64,000 bases of DNA from Felis catus (lineage: Eukaryota): positions 80,974,001-81,038,000 of the forward strand of contig NC_058368.1 in the NCBI RefSeq assembly GCF_018350175.1. The letters are read 5' to 3'. A program made the position numbers and the translations under genes. The notes beneath the pieces are model-generated. The model saw nothing but the letters and a program-made list of their open reading frames with translations. It made no database searches and was not told the DNA's origin. This document shows positions 36,275-48,818 of the stretch, in pieces. Every line of letters begins with the position of its first letter. Position 1 is the first letter of the stretch.

Positions 36275-38641
36275 CATGGTAAGAAACTCCAATGATGAAC
36301 TGTTTTTAAATTCAGAAACTTTCACAGAAAGATGTGGAGCCCTGGCCATTTACAATCAACATCTGCCTTTCTGAGAGTACTGTTCACACGCATGCGCACG
36401 CGCCCCGGAGGCGGTTTCTCCCATCTCTGGGGCGGGAGACAGGATCGGAGTGATCATCCTCTAACACACACCTGTCATCGACCTTCGGTGGATTTCAGGG
36501 ACGGAGACCTTTCCCACAATTAGGGTGTACCCAGAGGACTAATCTGCTGCTTGTGTTCTTGTCGGAAACGGGATACTATAATGTAGCTGTCGACTGAAAC
36601 GTGACTCCGTGGAACTTTGCTGAGACAGGTGGAGGGGCCGTCCCTCATCCTCTGTGCCCTCTGCTCCTGTGCACCTGCCTCAGGCGACAGCGACTTGATT
36701 TTTAAGCCATTCGAAGGGCCTTGCGACAGCTTTTGTTGCTGGCTGGTTGAGGTTGTCACATGTTGGGCATATGAAAGAACAAGGTCAGGATTCTTTTTTC
36801 CTAAAACCTGTTGGACGGGCAGAGCTGTGTGCTGCTCTGTATCTCACGGTATCTGGCGACCTGGAGCCCGTCATGAAAGATGCGTACCCACCGTGTGTCA
36901 CAGGAGACGGCCCCACCTTCGATCTTCGAACGCGCCCTGGAAGACACCTGCTCTGATGCGCTGATGGGCAGTGCTTTAAGCATGTTTCCTATAACAGCTT
37001 AAGGCTCTGAAGGTAATTTATGAAGCAGAATTTCTGTTGACTTTGATCCTTTTGGTGGTTAAGTACTAATAAAATGAGACTAAGCTGGCCTAGATGTCTC
37101 ACAGCTGGTGTTCAGAGTTGATGGACAACTGAAGCTCATCAAATATTCATCTCCTCCTGGCATCCTGCCCGCCTCCGGGAAGTTGTCACAGGAGCGCTGT
37201 CAAGGACGCACTGGGATGTGCCACGTGCCCTCCTGCACTGGGCCTTCTTGGCCGGTGATCTGTTCCTTTCTGCCACCGGCCTCATCGCGTGCCTGGTTTT
37301 GTGGGCCCCGAGTGTGAGCGACTTTCTCTTTCTCCTGAGCACCATATCTTGGGACTTTTTCTTTAAAAGGTCTCGTTCCTGGGAAACAGATCTGAGACCC
37401 AGATCTACCTGCGGGAATTTTCTGGGGTGACCTCCTGGGGAGGGGCACTTGTGGAGGTGGGTCAGGTGACAGTGCAGGCCCCAGCCGGCCCCTGGGAGCG
37501 TCACCCTGCTCCACCCACAGACTGAAGGCACCCCTCTGTCCTACTCATTCACTGGCCACCAGGAACAGGTCCCCGTGGGGTGGCCGGGAGAGACACTAGT
37601 GCCATAGTGGGAGAGGGTGTGGGGTCAGGGCCCCTGCCCTGCTGTGTCTCATCCCAGACAGATGCTTGTGTGGACTGCTGGGAGTCTGCGGACCTTAGGA
37701 CTTGGTGGACCTGGCTGCTCCCGCTCGTGACAGTAGTTCTGTGACGTGGCTACTCGACGTCCGTTGCTAAGAGCCCTAGAGCGTGTGACACCTCTAAATG
37801 GTGTGTGACTCCTTCTGCAGATGGCCTGGCCTCTCTCTACAGCCGGGGTCCAGGACGAGATGTTCCTGTTGGCCACAGGTGCTACAGCTCAGCGCGACAT
37901 TTCCCCAGTGGGACCCCTCCACTGCCGCAGGGTCCTTCAGGCCATGGGGTCCCACGGGAGGGCCACCTGCCACTGCCTGGCCCTGCTGCCTTCCATTCTC
38001 TGGGCCTACCGAGCCAGGAGCTCTTTCCGTCACTAGGTCAGCACAGGAGGCGTGCGCCCCAGTCTGCATTACACTGCCTGCTGAGCCCAAGGAGGTCCCC
38101 ACCCCAGTCATGGCTTCTGCACAGCGGACGGTGTGAGCGGGGTCTTTTCCCTTTTACTTTGGAGGGTACGTCTCCATCCTAAAACTGCCAATTCTTAGGA
38201 TTTATCTCTGCCACCTGGAATTCTCGTGTCTCCCTTCTCAGCCCTGCTCTTGAGGTCTGTGGCCGCTGATATGGTGGACTGTGGTCAGGTTCTGTGGGGA
38301 ACTGGTCTCGGTGCTATAGGGCCCCTCGTGGGGAGCTGGGATGGCCCCAGGGCTGTAGGGCCCCTCATGCCGGAGGGCATAGAGTTAAAGCCAGCAAGGC
38401 GCTTGGCATCCACTGTCACCGTACGCTACTTGGGTCCTACTTCTGGGTGGGGGTGCAGACACGGCCCTTTCCAGGTCAGAGGCTGGATCCCAAGCTCCCA
38501 ACACCCTAGCAATCTCTCCTGGTGGGGACCCCACACTAGGCACAAGGTTGACCCACCAGACTGATGCCATCTCAGCGCTTGGCCGTGGTTCTTCCTCACT
38601 GTGATGATAGCATGTCTTCTGGTCAGTTTCTCCTCAATCTT

Positions 38642-38870
38642 ATCATTATTTTTAATGTTTATTCAATTTTGAGGGAGAGAGAGAGGGAAAGAGAGAGAGC
38701 ATGCGCTACTGGAGAGGAGCAGAGAGAGGGGGAGCCAGAGATTCTGAAGCAGGCTCCGGGCTCTGCGCTGTCAGCACAGAGCACGACGCGGGGCTTGAAC
38801 TCACGAACCGTGACAGCATGACCCGAGCTGAAGTTGGGCGCTCAACCTACTGAGCCACCCAGGGGCCCCC
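38642..38870 (-). mobile_element. CAN-SINE (SINEC_Fc)
   Basis: 13-bp TSD TCTCCTCAATCTT at 38629-38641 and 38871-38883. Confidence 0.95.
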
Positions 38871-39877
38871 TCTCCTCAATCTTCTACACGCTTCAGGGCT
38901 TCCTGGCACTGTCCTCACATCCCTTCTGCCTCATTTCTGACTGTGTGGTGTCCAGTCACATTGGACATACCCTCTGCACATACCCTCCCCGCCCAGAGAA
39001 TAGTGAGGATCTTGCCCAGTTTTCGGTCCTGGCAGGCGTTTTCCAAGATCTGTGCTTCTTTTGCAGCTGTTATGTTTCTGCAAACCCGTCTGATAATTTC
39101 CCATTGCCACTTCCTGTGAGAGAGCAGGGGCCCTGCCCTTGAACTGTTTGTGATTACCCAAGATGGCGAAATGCCCTGTGATTCTGGAGTTAATGGGGTG
39201 GTCTCAATTTACGACTGGGTGTGTTTTTGTTTGAAAGGCACACATCTCAGGACACGAATCTGGTTACAGTTGTTAGCTCACATCTTGAGTTTTGGCTCAA
39301 AAATACAGCTATTTGATCAAGTGAGGAAACTTCTGAGGATGCAGACTCTGGGCTGACCAGCCTCAGGGCTGCGGAAGATTCCAGACAGGGGAACACAGGC
39401 CGGGGCAGGAGGGCAGGGCTGGCGCTGGGAATCCCAAACTTACTGGCTGATTCCTCCTCACCTTGGCTTTGCTTTCCAGCACATGGATGAAACAGAGCTG
39501 GCAGAATGTCCATTTCCTTTTTAAAGCGATGTTTTCTTTGCAACTTCTTTGGCTGTTTTATCATTATTTTTTGCTCATCGGATGCCAGGATTATAAGTGT
39601 AGGAGGCGACGTGCGTAATTAGCAGAAACTTGGCTTTCTTCGGTTCAGACATGAAACTATATTATTAGGAAAGGGAACAGAGCAGAGCCGGTACGTGTGC
39701 AGAGGAGAGCCTCCAGTCACTTTGGGGGGGGTTCCCTGGCGGTGGGGGGGGACACGACACATGAATAAATGCAAACGTTTGGAACAGGTGTGTCGTGCAC
39801 AGACACCACAGAGGTATTTATCTATCCATGATCTGGAGTTAATGGAGGCCTTCAAAATAATTTGTTTATAATCAACA

Positions 39878-39945
39878 TTTTCTTTTTTTTAAGTTTATTT
39901 ATTTTGAGAGAGAGAGAGAGCGTGCATGTGCACAAGCAGGGGTAG

Positions 39946-39998
<53 letters not shown>

Positions 39999-40058
39999 AA
40001 TCCTAAGCAGGCTCTACACTCAGCGCAGAGCCTGACATGGGGCTGGAACTCATGATCT
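39878..40058 (-). mobile_element. 5'-truncated CAN-SINE with expanded (GA)n
   Basis: Tail, a (GA) run of about 20 units and the 3' body are present. The tRNA-like head is absent. Confidence 0.85.
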
Positions 40059-40070
40059 CTGGGTACTTCA

Positions 40071-40202
40071 TCTGTGTGTGTCTGTGTATCTGTGTGTCTG
40101 TGTGTGCCTCTGTATGTGTCTGTATGTGTTTGTGTGCCCATGTCTATGTGTCTGTGCATGTGTGTGTGTGTGTGTCTGTGTCTGTGTGTCTGTGCATGTA
40201 TG
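40071..40202. repeat. Compound (TG)n/(TGTC)n microsatellite
   Basis: Direct reading. Confidence 0.9.
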
Positions 40203-40529
40203 TTGGGGGGGGGTCATTGTGCTCTTTGGATGTGGTGAGTGCAGGAAGTGGAAAGAAGGCCACCCACATCTTGCCCTTGGGACCGAAGCATTGTTGGGCA
40301 GCTCCCCGTTAAGACAGATACATTTGTCGTGCCACAAGCTTCTTGGCTCCACTCAGAGCAGCAGGGTCAGATGTTTCCTCAGATATTTCCAGATCGTCTT
40401 CCCTGAGCCACAGAGACATAGTCTGAACTCCACCTCGAATTAGCTCATGTGACCAGACACAACTTATGTCACCTAAGTCAGGCCAATCTGCTACAGTCCA
40501 TCTGGCTGAATGGTGCATTCTTCTAAGGA

Positions 40530-40925
40530 GTGAGAATCTAACTTCCTTTTAAAAACAATTACACTGAAATGTTTAATTTGACATTCACAGGCCACGAGGC
40601 TGAGGGAGAAAAATCGCCCTTTACCTTTTGTGCACCCAAAAGAAAAGTAAATTGTTACCGTCAGATCTTTAGTTTCCCTGAACAGCAAGTTGACATCAAA
40701 AACCACTAAAACCTTCCCTCCTGCTGTCCCGGGTCACTTGATCGACAGCCTGCTTGTGCAATGGCATTTCACTGTCCTGTCGACATCAATATCTTTCAAA
40801 TATGTTCACTGGACAGCGCAGTATTTCTACAGGTCTGTGTATTGGTTCGCGTGGTTTACTGTTTGGTAAGTGACAGCGACATCACAGCACATAAGCTAGT
40901 ATCTTATTTAAAACAGTAATGGAAC
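40530..40925. promoter_or_regulatory. Candidate enhancer island
   Basis: AT-rich and repeat-free. AACAATTA, TTTAATTTGACA, GACATCAAAA, CAATGG, TGGTTTAC, TGACAG. Confidence 0.4.
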
Positions 40926-43900
40926 TTTCCTACATGTTTTAGCAAATCTTAGGAATCTTCCTTCTTCCAAGTACACACCTCCTCCATTTGGGTTTTGGAG
41001 GTAAAATGTGAAGTGGTGGAAATACCCCTGTAGCTCAAAGCGAATTGCCCGAGTCGAGACAACGACAAGGACGTTTGGGCTCTGAACTTCAGGAAGAGGA
41101 ACTTTCCAGGGAGAGGAGTGGAGAGGTCCAGAAACCATCTGTGAAACCAGGGAGTCCGCACAGAAGAAACACATAGAGGAAACACGACGGAGTTAACTGA
41201 CGCCCCTGTGTCCTTGGGGAGCCCCTGGTAGTGATGGGACCTTTAGGTGCCTCTGTGGGGATCAGCTGGTTTCTATCTATGAGTCACCCAAGTTGCGTCC
41301 TTCTCTCTTCCCCCGTCCACCCAGAAACGGTCGATGGCTCTTGGCCACGCCCCGTGTTCCTCTCCCGAAATGCAAAGGTGGGGGCTGCAGGGTTGTGGGC
41401 TTCCTCGATTTTCCTGAAAAGGGTGAGTCTAGGCCATGGGAGTTTGGTGAGATCTCCCCTCTCCTTCCTCCCTTCTGGTCATCCTTTTGCAGGAAACCTA
41501 GGAAGCGCACGGTTGTGGACTCAGTGTCTGGGTGCTCTCCTCTGCCCTCTTCTCGCACCACGTACCTGGTCTCGCTGGTGCCGACAGTGGGCTCTGCACC
41601 TTGCATACAGCAGGCGCCTGGTAAATGTAGAAGGGATGGATGAGTAATTAATAAAGGTTTGTTGGAAGGACTCGGGGTCTCGGGTGAGAGTGCCAGGTGC
41701 TGGGGGAGAAGCTTAGGGAAACAGTCTGGCCGGGCAGGCCCCTCTTGGCCTCCCGGCCGCCCACCTTGCTGTGCGCGGCCCGCTGCCCTTGTCTGCTCTC
41801 GAAATTCAACCTGCTCCTATGAAGAGTGTGTCCTCCGTTCTATCTCTGTAATGTTTTTGTTGTTTAATACGTGTTTTCTGTTTCTCCATCTTAATCTCGT
41901 CTACGCTTATATGTCTCACTTTGCATCTGGTGACTTTAGACCTGGATCTTAATCTTCCCTCTCCTTCTTTTGAGCTTTTTTTTAATCTCAGTGGCTTTTG
42001 GGTTTAGCTTTCACTTAAATACCATAAAACGTATCTTATGTGCACTACTGACTCCTTTTTATATGCTCCACACAAAGCTGAAGGTGAGGCTTCAGAGCCA
42101 AAAGAATTGGACTGTTCAACCCCAAAGCCTAAAACCGCCTGGTCATGGGGGCACCTTGACATGCTCCCCTATAAGGCAGGGACACACACAGTGGCCACTC
42201 GTGGTGGGGTGGTCATGATCAGTGCTCTCAGGAGTTGGTGGATATTGCTAGTGACTTTAATGATCTTTTGCTTTTAATTCCTTTTTTATTCTATTTTTAA
42301 ATTTATTTTTCTATTTTTGCTGGTTTGTTTCCACTTCATTCCTTATTTTAACCTATTTGGTATAGGGCTTTCCAGTTTTATTCTAAACTTAATCTTATTA
42401 AAATGTAATTACAAAATAGATTATAAATTTAAAAAATAGTACAAAACAGACGTACACATGAACTATGATAACACCACCAAATGTGTGTTGACCACTGAGG
42501 TTGAGAACATGGGACACGGCCAGCGCCCAGGCAGCCCCTGCGTCCTCACTGAGGACGTCCTTGCTCCTGCAGAAGCAACCAGCACAGCCCGTGGGCATGG
42601 GTCCTCTGCAGCAAGACAGTGACTGGTTTGGGGTGTCTCCTCACCTCACCTCACCTCACCTCACAGTAAGTGGAATCACGCTCCAGGCCTTGCTCTTTCT
42701 GCTCAACATTCTACTTTTGAGATCCGTTTTTCACTGTTTCACACAATGCATTTATCCCTTCTGATGTGATAGACACTGGGTTTGGTACGACAGCATTTGG
42801 CTCTTGTTTTTCCCCATGGTGTGCACACTCCTTGCGCCCTGTGCGCTGGTCTCTGCAGGAACGGATGGCCAGGTCACGGCGCGTACACCTCTTCAGCGTT
42901 AGTACGTGATGACAAAGTGTTGAACAAACTGACTCCCCTCGGTTCTCACCTTCACAGACCCTCAATACTATCAGACGTCTTTAGGTAAAAAAAACTCAGC
43001 CAGTAATTGTGAAACAGTATTCTGTTGGGGCTTAACTTTGCGTTTCCTGGGTCATAGTGAATTCATCCTGTATCTTGGGCCACCCCCGCGAAGTGCCCAC
43101 AGTTACCTGTCACCTGTTTTTCTGTGGAGCTGATGGTCTTTTGCTTAGTGCTACACAGAAGCTCTACACATAGTCTGGACATGATTTCTTTGATGGTGGG
43201 TGGGGTGCACTTTATCTTCTTCCAATTTCTGACTTTTCGTTCACTGTGCGGTGTCTTCTGATGAACACATGTTCTAAATGAGGTTGGGTGTGTCCATCTT
43301 TTCCATTATGCATTGTGCTCTTTTAGTCTTTAAAAAAATCTTTTCTATGTGAAATTCATAAAGGTGTTATATTTTCTTCTGAATAAAAAAAAAATTATTT
43401 CACACCTAGGCTACTGATCCATTGTTTTTTATATAGTGTGAGGTAGGGAGCCCAGTTCTTGGTTTCTTTGGGTTACCAGTTGTCCCATTATTTCTTTACT
43501 TAACTGTAATGCTGGCTTGGTCAGAAATCAGGTTTCAGTGTACGTGTGGGTCTGCTGCTAGTGTCGATACTCTGTTCCATTTGTTTGTCATTCCTCATGC
43601 CCATACCATATCATCATTACTATAACTGTATAGCAAGCCTCGATATTTGGTGTGTGGGTATATGATGATTATATTGATACAGTTTAATGCAAGAGTGACA
43701 TTGAAATCTTATAATAAACTCCATTTGGACATGGGTTTCATTTGCTAATGATTTTGCAAATATTTTTTTCATGTGTAAGGTTGGCCTGTCATCTTTGCTT
43801 CCCATACCACCCCTGATTTTTATAACAAGCCTTAGAAAGTAAGTCGGAGGAGTATTTTCACTTTCTGTAGTCGCTGGAATGGTTGTGTGGTGTAATAAGA

Positions 43901-43958
43901 CACTGCTCGGTAGTATTTACTTGTAAAACCATCTGTATTTTCTTCGTAGATAGTTTAA

Positions 43959-44179
43959 TGTAATTAAAAAAAATTTTTTTAATGTTTATTTTTGAGACAG
44001 AGGAAGACAGAGTGCGAGTGGGGGAGGGGCAGAGAGAGAGGGAGACACAGAATCCGAAACAGGCTCCAGGCTCTGAGCTGTCAGCACAGAGCCCGATGTG
44101 GGGCTCAAACCCCTGAACCGTGAGATCATGACCTGAGCCAAAGTCAGACACTCAACTGACTGAGCCACTCAGGTGCCCC
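43959..44179 (-). mobile_element. CAN-SINE (SINEC_Fc) inserted in L1
   Basis: TSD CTT(C/T)GTAGATAGTTTAA. Confidence 0.95.
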
Positions 44180-44840
44180 AACTTTGTAGATAGTTTAAAA
44201 AAATATTGATGCAAGGCATTTAATGGTTACAGGATCTATAGGAGGTTATAGGACCCCCTTTTGGGGTCGGTTTGGATAACTTTTTAATGTAGAAAATTTG
44301 TTATTTTCAAATTGGTTGGCCTAAGTATGTTCTTACTAATCTTAATAAAATTTAAAATATCTGCTGTGTATGCATTATTACCTACTTTTTAATTCATGCT
44401 GGTATATTTGATTTTCACTTTTTTTTTACCTTTATAATCTCCAGAGATTTATTAATTTGATTAGTTTTTTTTCAAATAACCAAATTTTGACTTTGTTGAT
44501 CCTTTCTCCTGTACCTGTATTTCTACTGCATTAAATTTTGTTCATCATCGTTTCCTTTCTTTTACTTTGTTGACTTTGTTCTGCTATTCTAGTAGTTTAT
44601 TAATGTCCAGGCTTTTTTTCTTTTCTAATATAATTGAAGGCTATGAATTTGCTTCCTGTCATGACTTTGGCTGCATCCTGCAATTCCTGATAGCATTTTC
44701 ATTATTTCTCAGCTCTGAGTATTTTCTAATTTTTATTATGATTACTATTTTGATTCATGAGGTTTTTCAAAGTGCATTTCTTACTTGACAAATATATGGA
44801 TTTGTTTTAAAATCATTATGTTATTACTTTGAACTTAATG

Positions 44841-45015
44841 TGATTTATTGAATCTAAAAGGCTACACAAGAAGTATTCAGATTTCAGAAATGCTAAAATG
44901 CAGGTAAAATGACAACAGTAATTACAAGAAGTCACTGATTGTCACACACATCCCAATTTAGATTAGAGATACCAAAAACTAAAAAAGAAAATTGTGCCTT
45001 AGAGTCTATAAAACT
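44841..45015. mobile_element. MER104-like (TcMar-Tc2) MITE nested in L1
   Basis: Ends atttattgaatctaa and ttagagtctataaaa are degenerate inverted repeats. Internal gatttcagaaatgctaaaatg and catcccaattt resemble MER104. Confidence 0.5.
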
Positions 45016-47409
45016 TTGTTGCAGTCAGAAACTGTGTTAATGTTATGTTAATTTATTCAAATATTGTGCAATTTGCTTCACATGATCAATATTTGTAAAT
45101 GTTACTTGAGTGTTTAAAAAAATGTAATTCTTTTCTATATATATTCCTGTTGTACTTTTCTATCAACCTTTTCACTACTGTTAATCTAGGTGTTTTATAT
45201 CACTACTGATTTTTGTCTATTTGGTGTGTTGATTATATAGAGAGGTGTTTTAGAAATCATCTGTGATGCTAGATTTCCCAGTTTTTCCTTATAATTCTGT
45301 TTTTGTTTTATATATTTTGAAGCTGTATTATGAGGTACACTATTCTTAGAATTGTTAAATTTTCTTATTGAATTGAACCTATTAAACATGCCATAATCTT
45401 TTTCAAAAGTTTTATATCTCTGGAAATTCTTTTTGCCTTCAAACTTTTTTGTTTTCAACTGATTAAAACATACAAATGCCAGCTTTCTTTGGTTGTTTAT
45501 TTGGAACATATTTTTCCATCTTTTTACTTTTTACCTGTCTGTGCCCTTATATTTTAGAAATGTCTCTTATAAACAGCAGATAGCTGGGATTTTTAAAATT
45601 CAGCATAATCTTACCCTTTTAATTAGGAAGTTTATTTATTTATAGTTATTGTGATTACTTGCATTCCTGTTTTACTTTATGCTAGTTGTCCTGCCTTTCT
45701 TAGGCTTTTTTTTGTTCTGTTCTTATCTCTTTTTAAATTAATTAATTTTTTCTTCCTGTCTGATTTTCCGGCTCAGTTTAGAAGCAACACATTCTATTTC
45801 TATGATATTTTTGATTACTCTAAAATTAATAAGCCATAAACCATCTGACTTGACAAAGTCTACAGTTAATATTTACCCTCTTCACAAATGATATAAGAGT
45901 CTTAGCATGCTTTTATTATAAATTATGTGTTGCATCACTCTGTTTCTTGGCTCTGTCTTATTATTTTTAACTGTACAAATTTATGTTATTACTTCCCAAA
46001 GCTAATGTTTGTTTAAACTTATGTAGATATTTACTATTTTCTTTAATAAACATTTCTTCTTGCATCTCAGATATTTTTTCCTGGGATTCCTTCTCTCTTC
46101 CTAGAGTTCACCCTATAAAAGTTCCTCTAATGAGGGTCAATCATGGTATTTTTGAAATGTCTTATTTTCATCATTATCTTTGAAAAATACAGTTATCTAA
46201 CTAATAATTTCAAATTTGTACCTATTTTTCCCCCAGAACCTTAACAATATTATTCCATTGTCTTATGACTTCTCCTACTATTGAGAAGACACCTGTCTTT
46301 CTAATTGTTATTTCATTTTAGGGAATCAATTTTTTTCTTCCTTGTTCAATTAAAAATGTCTCACTTTGTCGTTTATACTCATCAGTTTCACTAAGATGTA
46401 TCTAGGTGTATACTGTTTTTAATTGCCTTTCTTGGGGTTTATGGACATCCCAAATATGAAGATTCATGTCTTTGAGAAATGTCGAAAAGGTTTCCGCCAT
46501 TATCTTTCCAAATACTGCCTCTCTCCCATTCAGTTTTTCCCTCTAGAATTCTGATAAGAAATACTTTATATTTTCTCATATTGTGCTGTACTTATTAAAC
46601 CTTATATTTTCCTTGCCTTTCCTTTCTCTATCTACTCCATACTGGGTAAGTTTTTGAGAATCTAGATCTGTCTTCCAATCATACAATTCTTTCTTCAGCT
46701 GTATCTAGTCTGCTGTGTAACTTTTCTATTAGAGTTTCTATTTTCAATGATTAGATGTTTCGTTCTTTAAAAATTTGCTGTCAGGTCTCTGTTGTACGTT
46801 TGGTCAGGAGAGACTTTAGCTTTTGTCATTGTGTGTCACTCACTGTTAACTTTACCATCACCTGTGCAACATGTGTTAGGAAAAATAAAATGGCTGCTTG
46901 ATGTCATTGACCTTTCCTTGACCCTTGACTCTGTGGGAAGAAACTGATTAGGGCACCATCACATCAGTTCTGCAGAATTCCATAGATACTGGTGTGTAAA
47001 AACCTGTGCATTAATATGACTTTGAACTGTGGCCTGTCAGTTTATAGGAATACCAGTGGGAGAAATCAAAAGTCTATTATAGAACCCTTTTCATTTAGAT
47101 TATTAGTTAATGACTGTGTATTAGTTCTAGATGAGCTAGGTGATTGTCTCCATGACAGAGAGGTTAGGAACGTTCATGCGAGGCCCTAACTGATGTGAGG
47201 CTACTTATAATCTTTATACCATTTGGTTTGAATATTCATTCTCTTTACTGCAGAAATGTTTGATTATGTTCTGCGTCTGAGGTCCTCTTGGGATGTTATA
47301 TAGTAAATTTGTATTTGGCAGAATTTCTTCTCTAAAATCTGAAAACTTGTTGATTCTGAAAAAAAAAAAAAACCAGTCCTGGGAATTTCAGATAAGGGAT
47401 TGTTGCCTT

Positions 47410-47515
47410 TTAATACTTACGTCATTGAGTTTGGGTGGGGATTAAATAAATAAATACTGTAGAGCTCTAAGTAGAGCATATACTCCTTGATAGTAAACCC
47501 TTAATAAGCAATAAC
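47410..47515 (+). mobile_element. MIR 3' fragment
   Basis: taatacttacgtcattgagtttgggtggggattaaataaataaatactgtagagctct..tagtaaacccttaataa. Confidence 0.5.
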
Positions 47516-47992
47516 CACTGACTACAGCACTCCAGAAATTGCTCTGATTATCACAGTTACTAAAGAGGTCGTGGGGACAGAGGGACTGGGCAGTGTGGAC
47601 CTAGACATCTTAATATTTATATGCTGTCTTGCATCTCACACATGTCAGAGTGCAAGCTACGTAAGCATTTTGGAAGCTTGTTAGGTACTAACATAGGTTG
47701 GAAACAGCAGGACTGAGAACTTTAAATGATTCAGTGGAATAGGAAGGAAATGGTAACGTGCAGCAGTCAGTGTAGGCAATCAAACTGCGTCCAAAGAGAT
47801 GGGAGAATTGTGTCATAAAATTGTGGCGGAGCATGGGTTCCTCAGCGTCTGGCAGGAGGTGGTGGGGAGGGTTTCTCTTCTTTTTGCATAGAAGTCAGTT
47901 TTGATGTTGTGCAGTATGTTTGTTTTATCTCCTGTTACTTATTGGATTTTTCTTCTTAATCAAATTAGCAAATACTTTTAAAAATTATTTAA

Positions 47993-48212
47993 GCTTTTTA
48001 AAATGTTTATTTATTTCAGAAAGAGAGACAGCGTGCACACACACACATCAGCGGGGGAGGGGCAGAGAGAAAGGGAGACACAGATTCTGAAGCAGGCTCC
48101 AGGCTTCGAGCTGTCAGCACAGAGCCCGACACGGGGCTCGAACTCATGAACCGTGAGATCATGACCTGAGCCAAAGTTGGATGCTTAACCAACTGAGCCA
48201 CCCAGGTGCCCC
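47993..48212 (-). mobile_element. CAN-SINE (SINEC_Fc)
   Basis: Perfect 19-bp TSD ACTTTTAAAAATTATTTAA at 47974-47992 and 48213-48231. Confidence 0.96.
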
Positions 48213-48249
48213 ACTTTTAAAAATTATTTAAAGCAAATATTTTTAAAGA

Positions 48250-48818
48250 TAAATGCTGGCTGGTTGGTTGAGTTGAAAAATAGTCTTTGTTACTCTAAAC
48301 CAACTTGGTAGTATTTATCAACCTTCTAAAGAATGCCAGCATCTTGAACCCACGATCTCCATTTCCAGAAATCAGTCTCAAAGAAGGGATGTGAAATGGA
48401 AACTAACACGTCTGTGCAGGAGGACGTACCCTCCAGGGTAGTAGCGAGTGTGTAGTTGGGAAAGATGATATGCACGTGTATCCATTGGGGAATGGCCAAC
48501 TAACTCATAGTATTTTCTGGGTATGGAATATTACAGAGCCATTGAAAGTGATGCTTTTTAGTGACATGGGAACTACTGGTGACAAATGTCCAGTGATAAA
48601 GCAGGATGCATGGTCTCCACTGTGTGAAACACATGCATACACAGAAAAATACTGGAAGAAAGAGCCGAAAATGCTTGTGTTTTATGTGTGGGACGATTGG
48701 ATCACAAGTGTTTTTTAGTCCTCTCTCTGTCTCTCTCTCTCTCTCTTTTTTTTTTTTTTTGTATTTCACATTATAACAATGAATTTATTTCTGAACAAAA
48801 AAGCAATACTAAGAAAAA
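48250..48818 (+). mobile_element. L1ME4-like 3' end fragment
   Basis: gtatccattggggaatggcc..tatggaatattacagagccattgaa..catacacagaaaaatactggaagaaa..aaaatgctt. Confidence 0.65.

Larger units (their letters stand above)
42370..46780 (-). mobile_element. Old, internally deleted L1M (L1MD/ME-like) LINE-1 from 3' UTR through ORF2 to the ORF1 region
   Basis: T-rich antisense L1 signature throughout. Minus ORF 45195-45509 (..HNTASKYIKQK..) resembles the L1 ORF2 endonuclease segment YAPNxxAxxYIKQ. No intact ORF. Confidence 0.8.

Noticed and set aside
45195..45509. 104-aa Lys/Asn-rich ORF (-)
   Set aside because: Decayed L1 ORF2 endonuclease remnant, not an independent gene.
34000..48201. Recurring peptide SAQVMISRF..SPASGSVLTAQSLEP in many ORFs
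   Set aside because: Translation of CAN-SINE copies, not a protein family.
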